Origin: Octopus vulgaris
Taxonomy: Eukaryota
Reading direction: 5' to 3'
DNA: 64,000 bases
NCBI GenBank assembly: GCA_951406725.2
Contig: OX597822.1
Coordinates: 38,068,001 to 38,132,000, forward strand
The notes under the pieces were generated by a model that saw only the letters and a program-made list of their open reading frames with translations, did not search any database and had not been told where the DNA came from. Shown piece by piece: positions 55,587-64,000 of the stretch (the first letter of the stretch is position 1; the number at the start of each line of letters is the position of its first letter). The position numbers and the translations under genes are program-made.

Positions 55587-56343
55587 CACTTTTCTTTCTT
55601 TCCCTGAGCGTCTGCTAATACTTTACCTGCACCACGTCCTCGCCTTGTTGTTTTCTTGTGTTTTTTTTTACTATATATATATATATAGTATATTTTTATG
55701 TTCATTTATAATCTTTTTTACAATAGGTACAAGCCTGAAATTTTGGGAGAGGGGGCTAGTCAATTACATCGACCCCAGTGCGTAACTGCTATTTAATTCA
55801 TCGACCCGGAAAGGATGAAAGGCAAAGTTGACATAGGCTATATTTGAACTCAGAAAGTAGCGACGGGTAAAATACTGCTAAGCATTTCACCCGGCGTGCT
55901 AATGATTCTGCCAGCTCGCCGCCTTATGCTCATTTATAATAAAAACAATCTTACATTAATCTGATGGCTTATTCTAAACTTTTGAAGAGTATAAACTTAT
56001 TATTCTTATACAAGAAATTTGTTGATAATGACTTCCAAGATTCGGCCACCTAAGCCATCATCGCACCAAAAGATCAAAGATTCTTCCCGTGCCCTAGGCT
56101 TAAAACGCTGTTGTTCCGGATTTCCCGGATTCTGAACAGGAAGCCGGTCCGTGGCAGGATTGCTTTTTGCCAGCTACGTTTGTAGAGCAACGTGTTATGA
56201 TATGTTTTGCTCGAGAAAACAACGCATCGCCTGGTCCAACGATCGAAACTACAACCTTGCGATCATGAGCGCAACATTCTAACTACCAAGCCACGTGCCA
56301 CCACATATGCATACACACAAACTTAGACATACATACACGCATA

Positions 56344-56421
<78 letters not shown>

Positions 56422-56604
56422 GTATGTATGTGTATACATTGCGTAAAAATTCAATTACCTGTAAAATATATATTACACTGACAACATTATATTATTTCAA
56501 TAATTGAAAGATGGTGGTAATGATAGAGGTAGTAGCGAAGGTGGTATAGTGGGTGTGTGGTATATATTTATCTATCTATCTATCTATCTATGTATCTATC
56601 TATG

Positions 56605-56653
<49 letters not shown>

Positions 56654-56912
56654 GTGTGTGTGTGTGTGTGTATTTATGTGTATTCGTATGTTTGTATGTA
56701 TGTATACACACACATACACAGATAAGCATATATACATACATATACATATATAATCAAAAGCATAACACATATTACATACACACACTCACACGTGTGTCAA
56801 AGCGTCGGCAAAACTCAATTATTTTTTAAATCATAATATATATGGGCGACAATAGATTTCATTATATATATACACATATACATATATATGCATATATATG
56901 TATGTGTATATA

Positions 56913-56962
<50 letters not shown>

Positions 56963-57169
56963 CATATACATATACTTGTACTAATACATATATATATGTG
57001 TGTGTGTGTGTGTGTATGTGTGTGTGTGTGTGTGTGTATAAACTTACTTGGAAGAAGACGCGTGGCGTTCAATCATATAATAACAATTTAATAAATAAAA
57101 CATATCCATGCATACATACATATATGTACATACCTACATCTATATGTATATATACATGCATATATGGGT

Positions 57170-57819
57170 ACAGGACACCACAAAAAAACGTAGAACACAA
57201 CGAGAAACGAAAACATTAACACAAAACAAGGAAACTGACTTTTTTTAACGACGAAAAACAGAGTCAAGACATACAACACAAGGAACATTCCCCTTCTTCA
57301 GCTGCCCCTTTTTCGACTTATTGCGTGTTTCGAAGGTAAGGGCAGGACACGACTACTTGAAACAGCCCTTCCCGCAAAGCAAATTAAATAAAAAGCATTT
57401 TGCGGAGGGGTAAAAAAAGGTGACAAGAACAGGACAGTAAAAGCAATACAAATAAAGATAAAAACAGTACAAATAAAGATAAAAACAGTAAAAGACAGGA
57501 CAAGGAGAAACAAACAATAAGGGCTGCTTTAAGCCTAGACGGTGGAAAAATTCATTTGAACGCATTCTGAAGAACGGCTTACGAGGTCAGGAGAAACCGT
57601 TGTTGACTTGTTGAAGGCAGTGGTCAGAAAGAAAGTTAGTAGCCCTCTGGTCAACGACGAGAGAGAGGAGAAGGAGTGAGAGAGAGAGGGAACGGTAAAA
57701 GGGAGAGGAGAAGAAACCAGAAAGGATGAAAAATAAGAGAGGGGGAGATACAGGTAGAGAGGAAGACAGACAGGCAGGGAGAAAAGGTCCAGAAAGAAAG
57801 TTAGTAGCCCTCTGGTCAA
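57170..57819 (-). mobile_element. Probable PLE-type terminal repeat region with internal ~30-bp direct repeat
   Basis: Strand-biased composition like the other units; cagaaagaaagttagtagccctctggtcaa at ~57625 and ~57790. Confidence 0.45.
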
Positions 57820-58200
57820 TGGCTGTGTGGTAAATAACTTGCTTACCAACCACATGGTTCCGGGTTCAGTCCCACGGTGTGGCATCTTGGGCAAGTATCT
57901 TCTACTGTAGCCTTGGGCCTACCAAAGCCTTGTGAGTGGATTTGGTTGACAGAAACTGAAAGAAGCTCGTCGTATATGTGTGTGCGTGTGTGTGTGTTTG
58001 AGTGTCTGTGTTTGTCCCTCCCACCATTGCTTGACAACCGATGCTGGTGTGTTTACTTCCTCGTAGCTTTGCGATTTGGCAAAAGATTCCGATAGAATCA
58101 GTACCATATTTACAAGGAATAAGCCCAGGGTTCGGTTTCTTCAACTAAAAGGCGGTGCACCAACATGGCCACTGCCAAAATGACTGAAACAAATAAATGA
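57820..58200 (+). mobile_element. SINE family A, near full length
   Basis: Head, body and tail. Confidence 0.9.
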
Positions 58201-58202
58201 AT

Positions 58203-58259
<57 letters not shown>

Positions 58260-58313
58260 CATATATATACACACATATATATATATACATATATATGTAT
58301 GTATCCATATATG

Positions 58314-58383
<70 letters not shown>

Positions 58384-58720
58384 CATGTATGTATATATAT
58401 ACATATGTGCGCATATGTATATATATATTTATATGTATATATATATATATGTGTGTGTGTGTGTATGTGTGTGTGCGTGTGTGTTCGAAATGAAGAGTAG
58501 ATGGACAGTCAACAACTAATGAAGGGTCGTTCTTTATGATACTTGTCTAGTTTTCTATTTGTTTTTCTCGTTATTCGCATACCCAAGATTGTCTTCGTAT
58601 TTCATGATGCTTTCGTATTTCGTATTTCATGTTGTTTACGTTTTGTGACGTCCTTTACCTATATATGCATATACAAATACATATGTATGTAAGTATGTAC
58701 ATATGTGTATGTATATATGC

Positions 58721-58760
<40 letters not shown>

Positions 58761-58878
58761 ACATTATATATATACATATAAAGTTAATCCAAACATGAAC
58801 GCACAAAAAACACAACAACGCGAGGACGTGGAACAAATATAGTATTATTGGACGCTCAGGAAAGGAGGAAAGAAGGAG

Positions 58879-58913
58879 GTTTAACGATTCGAGCGGAGCT
58901 CTTCGTCGGAAAC
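58879..58913 (-). ncRNA. Hammerhead motif, C4 variant, degenerate
   Basis: Reverse complement: gttt-CCGACGA-a-gagc-tcc-gctc-GAAT-cg-TT-aaac. Confidence 0.55.
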
Positions 58914-59006
58914 ATAGGAGAAGGAAAGATCCAGAGAAGGGAAGACAGAGGAAAAAAGAACGCCAACGGTACACACGCGGTAGATAGATATGTTTGTGTG
59001 TATGTA

Positions 59007-59113
<107 letters not shown>

Positions 59114-59766
59114 ATGTATGTATGTATGTATGTATGTATGTATGTGTGTATATTAATATATTGTAGCGTAAGTTATGGATTCACACACTCATATATCTAT
59201 CACGGAAAGCTCCACCAGCGGACCCGGCTAACCGACTACATAGTAATCCAAATTTTCCGTAGTGGGCTTATAGACTATTTTCTTTAGCCAATACGCAGTA
59301 AACATTTGTAAGCTTAAATCTTATAATTATTATTTTCATTTACAGAATTTTTACTCGTCACTGTATACATACATTTCATTAGAGCTCCGGAAGACCATTA
59401 TATTAATAATATATACATCATGAGACAGATTTGTCAATGTACTCATTGCCATTCGCGACCTCTTCTACGACATGCCTTCTATAATCCAGATCTGCTTCAA
59501 ATCTGTCGATCTGTCTTTTGTGTTATTATTGGCATAAAGAACCTATTTGTATAATGAACCGAGATACAACAAAATTTGTTTCAAAACACGAACTCACATC
59601 AAGAATTTTTCAAACTGAATACAAAATCAATATACACACACACATATGTGTGTATATGCGTGCGTGTGTGTGTGTATGTATGTATGTATGTATGTATGTA
59701 TGTATGTATGTATGTATGTATGTATGTATGTATGTATGTATGTATGTATGTATGCATGTATCTATC

Positions 59767-59810
<44 letters not shown>

Positions 59811-60478
59811 TTTATTTGTAGATTAACAGAGCTACATATGGTTTCATGTGGGATGAATTTCCACAACTTTTCAAGCGTTCCACTTTAAAATGTTGGTAGT
59901 TGCCTCCTTTTCGGATGGGCATACATGAGATTACACAAGATTATACGGAACTTCAAAATTAATAGATACACAAATAAGGGAAGGCTATTTTGGTGGGGCT
60001 ACTTTAATTTTTATTTCCCTTACATTGGAAGGTGAAGGTACTAAGTAGTTACGATGCTGCACTCACGATTGCCGAGTGGCGTGTTGTCTTTTTGAGCGAA
60101 ACGCTTCATTTCATATGCTCTAGTGTTGAGTGGGGACGGACATGTCAAATAATTGACTTTTGTTCTGTGTGTCGTAAAAGGCCACTAAAAGGATTTGAGG
60201 CAAAATTTACACTCCACCTTGAAAAATCCTCACCAGCAACGACTATCCAGAGACCTCTGGGTAGAGGGTTGTCGCCTGAGTGGTACAAAGGTGTCATCCT
60301 CCTGGAACAGGGTATCACCAACAAATGGTGGATGCAGCGACGCACATTTACAACGCATTCCCCCATACTACTACTATTGCTGCTGCTGCTGCTACTACTA
60401 CTACTACTACTACTACTACATTGACACAGGCCTACATTTTGTGAATGCATGTGTATGTGTATTGTATTGTATATCTTA

Positions 60479-60985
60479 CTAGCAGTATCGCCCGGCGTTG
60501 CTCGGGTTTGTAAGGGAAATAACTATATAAGCATTTTTAGAGAGTTACTTCCCTTATAAATTCGGGCTTTCTTAGCCATTTTTGTTTTGGTGTCTTCAAG
60601 CCATGAAGTCGTTGTTCTAAAAGAACGCTGGTTTCCTTCACAACGCATTACGACGTTGATTTCTTTACACTCCCTTCCCCACAGCTTCACGAGGGAGGGA
60701 AGGGGGAAAAGCAAACAGGTGCAGCTGTGAGCGTGGACGCCAACTCCGCCGCCATCGACACACGATGCATTTTATGCATTAAAATGGAATAAAAAATGGA
60801 TGTTAAATTATTTTTAAAATCGTAGACTCATCGTTGACGCGCGCTAATAGTCAGACGGGCTCGATATGAATCACGACTATAAGATACCCGAATTTGGTTA
60901 AACTGCACCGCAAAATGTGGGAGGAGTTAGGAATCTAAATCGAAGGGGACAGACACTCACACAACTAGAGTTTTATATATATAGA
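60479..60985 (-). mobile_element. Non-autonomous Helitron
   Basis: Minus strand 5' TCtatatatataaaa, 3' hairpin cccgagcaacgccggg plus CTAG, inserted at A/T. Confidence 0.88.
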
Positions 60986-61199
60986 TATACTGAGTCTCTT
61001 CGGGTTTTGAGCGTAAATTTGTCCGTGAAAATGTAAATTCATAAAATATTTTTGCAAATCGAATGATATCTTGAATACGTCTAAAGTATATATCATACAT
61101 ATTTGTGCAACTAGGAATTCTTATATGAATTCCTGGGGTATGTGTCTTTTATGCATAGTGTATATGTAAGAAATAATAATATTATATCTTAAATTCATC

Positions 61200-61608
61200 C
61201 TGGTTGTATCGATGGTAAAGTGAACGAGGTGTCATGCTTGAAACGTCGAGGTTTAAATCATTATTTGTGCATGTAGGGGACAAGTTGTGATATTTAATTT
61301 CTCTGATACAGAGACTGCTTCTACTGCTTTGTTGATACTCTTATTTATGTAGGGTTTGACCAAGTAGTTATCTTTAAAGTTCCATACCTTATTAGATAAA
61401 GATGTTGTATATCTTTTGTCCTTATCTCTAGACGAAGCTAAGTGTTGTGTTTGTCTTTCCTTGAAGGTATTTCCAGTAACCTGTAATGGTCCATCCAGGT
61501 AAAATATCTTTGCCTTGTAAACCAGTTGTTATTCTAAGTACATATTGCTCAGAGTACCATTACTACTGGATCCATAATTACAAGATCTATGAGGGATGAT
61601 TTTAATGC

Positions 61609-61612
<4 letters not shown>
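61200..61612 (-). pseudogene. PLE GIY-YIG endonuclease remnant
   Basis: LVYKAKI...TGNTFKERQTQHLAS.RDKDKRYTTSLSNKVW. Confidence 0.65.
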
Positions 61613-61674
<62 letters not shown>

Positions 61675-61712
61675 CATACATACATACATACATACATACA
61701 TACTTACATGCA

Positions 61713-61743
<31 letters not shown>

Positions 61744-62184
61744 GAACAATTTTTATTTTGACTTGTGTACTCAACAGCACCCACACATACACACATACTT
61801 ATCCACACACATACATACACACACGCATACATACAAAGGCTTTACACAGTTTTCACTCACAAGGCAACGGTCTACTCGGGTATAGCAGAAGAAATTGCCC
61901 ATGGTGCTGTGAAGCTGAAACCACGTTGTTGTAAAGTAAGCTTCTTAATCATACAGCCGTGCCAAGCATATGCCATTACACTTACTGTGAAAAGAATATG
62001 GCTCATTACTTATACAAACAAATGCAATGTATAAATACAGTACGCCGCCCAATGCATAAAGCAGTACAGGAGGGCCTAAAGCTAAACCTAAATAAATATA
62101 ATACATTACCGTTATTGTACTCTATCGATTACAATAAGTGTAATATATTTTATTACACTTATTTCACAGCACGCGTGTGAATGA

Positions 62185-62420
62185 ATACGTGTGATGTGTG
62201 CATCTTTCTTTAAATGTATTCTCGATGTACCCGATGTATGTTTTTACCCTAATGTAAAACCATCTACATCTGCTCTCTGTGCTATTTTTCTAGACAGGCA
62301 TTTTTTATCTAAAGGACACCTAAATTTCATTCGGATTCCGTTACTTGTGCGGCGTATTGGGGTTCTTGATTATCTTGAGACATTTATAAACACCTGTGTT
62401 TATAATTATACCTAACTTCA
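62185..62420 (-). pseudogene. PLE GIY-YIG endonuclease remnant
   Basis: CPLD..CL and KTYIGYIENTFKER with frameshifts. Confidence 0.6.
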
Positions 62421-63080
62421 ACAGAATGTGTTTCTCTCCCACTCCCGATTGCAAGTAGATCAACACTACTCTCTTCTGCCTCTACAGTTTAACTTTTTCT
62501 TATCTTCTTGTGTTTACACATAAGTTACATAGCTGTCTCTACAATAATTCTACTTTGATAATTGAGGCAGCAAATTGACTGAAGCATCAAGTCATTGCCG
62601 AGACAAATTCGCAGTATATATTCTGGTTTTGTGTACACTGAGTTCAAATTCCACCTCGGTCAACTATGCCGATCGTCTTTGTGGGCATCGATAAATCGAA
62701 AGCACATCTGGTACTGAACTTATTCTTCACGCTTTTCTGCTTTCTTCTCCTTTTTTCCTCCTCAATGAAACAAGTAAAAGAATAAAAGAGGAAAGATTGT
62801 ATCTGATTTAAGTATCTTATTTTAAAGAAAATCCACGATACTTCTAAACGCCCAGCGCCCCCTCGCGATAGCCCAACTCACTCAAGGGGGCACTACCACT
62901 CAGGTGAACACCCACTCGCCTAAGCTATGAAAACACTCACATATAAGAGACTAATGATGCAGAGACAAGATTTTTTTTTTTTGGTTTATGACATATTTTG
63001 TACATTTTCTTCTTAAATTCTGTCCATCATTTTTCACTTGACTGATTTGTTACTGTTATTGTTGTTGCGTCTGTTGCTAG

Positions 63081-63221
63081 GCTACGGCAGTCAGTCATCT
63101 GTGACGGCAGCAGTGGCACACACCAGTAAAGAGAATCAGACGTCACCTGGCGCCACGAGTAGTGAGTACCAGAGGGAACAAAGTTCGGTGGCGTTGAATC
63201 ACTACTCAGATATACCTTACG
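63081..63221 (+). CDS. Candidate internal coding exon of an unidentified host gene
   Basis: Acceptor ..ctgttgctag, donor G/gtaagt, 141 nt, phase 1-1, open frame YGSQSSVTAAVAHTSKENQTSPGATSSEYQREQSSVALNHYSDIPY, GC-richer unique sequence. Confidence 0.7.
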
Positions 63222-63260
63222 GTAAGTCACAACATCAGCGTCATCATCCTCATCATCATT

Positions 63261-63308
<48 letters not shown>

Positions 63309-63351
63309 TTTCTCACCCTTTCTTTCTTTCCCTCTCTTTCTCTCCTCTCTT

Positions 63352-63400
<49 letters not shown>

Positions 63401-63549
63401 CTCTTGTGTCTGAATGTATGGATGCGCGGCCGTCTCTTTATCTGTGAGTGTGTATATGCACGAGCCTGTGTTCATGCTCCTCAATCTACCCATGAATCTA
63501 CCCTTCTAAGTAGCAACCTAAATAAATAAATTCATACATACATTTGTAT

Positions 63550-63656
<107 letters not shown>

Positions 63657-63782
63657 CATATACATATTTCTGAGAAGAATCATAGATTTCTATTAAACTA
63701 TGTATCTATCTAATCCATGTATGTGTGTGTGTGCGCATGTATATATTCTGTTGTATCTTTTTAATTTTTCTCCTATCAACTT

Positions 63783-63817
63783 TTTGCTGAAGAAGGACCT
63801 TATCCGAAACGTTGAAC
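63783..63817 (+). ncRNA. Minimal hammerhead motif in PLE-type repeat
   Basis: tttg-CTGAAGA-a-gga-cctta-tcc-GAAA-cg-TT-gaac; stem I weak. Confidence 0.6.
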
Positions 63818-63953
63818 TTCCCTCTTCTCACACCAAGTTCATTGTACAAATTTTTCTGTTTTACTAAATAATACAACACTTCCCGACGCAGATCAACACT
63901 CATCTATTTGATATCTGTTCCACACACTGGTATCTGTTTCACACACACATACA

Positions 63954-63998
<45 letters not shown>

Positions 63999-64000
63999 TT

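Overview
Repeat-saturated metazoan genomic DNA; the SINE families and extreme (TA)n/(CA)n/(TACA)n/(GATA)n density resemble an octopus (coleoid cephalopod) genome, but that assignment is inference. Nearly all ORFs in the track are microsatellite artefacts. The window is probably intronic: the only good host-gene signal is one 141-nt candidate exon at 63081-63221 (+). The rest is mobile DNA: three tRNA-derived SINE families, CR1-, RTE-, Tx1- and R4/Dong-like LINE fragments, a Tigger/pogo remnant, Tc1 and hAT MITEs, non-autonomous Helitrons, and many Penelope-like element (PLE) remnants, one with an intact 395-codon RT+GIY-YIG stretch. The most notable signal is more than a dozen hammerhead-ribozyme-like motifs from several unrelated PLE-type repeat families. 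They include U3:A8 core variants with stem covariation, a recurrent C4 variant, long fold-back pairs, and a 777-bp tandem, circularly permuted non-coding unit resembling a retrozyme. Also seen: different LINE clades in different microsatellites, including a possible (TACA)n-targeting family, and a CR1 LINE sharing a structured 3' tail with the dominant SINE. Coordinates were read by eye; repeat boundaries are approximate.
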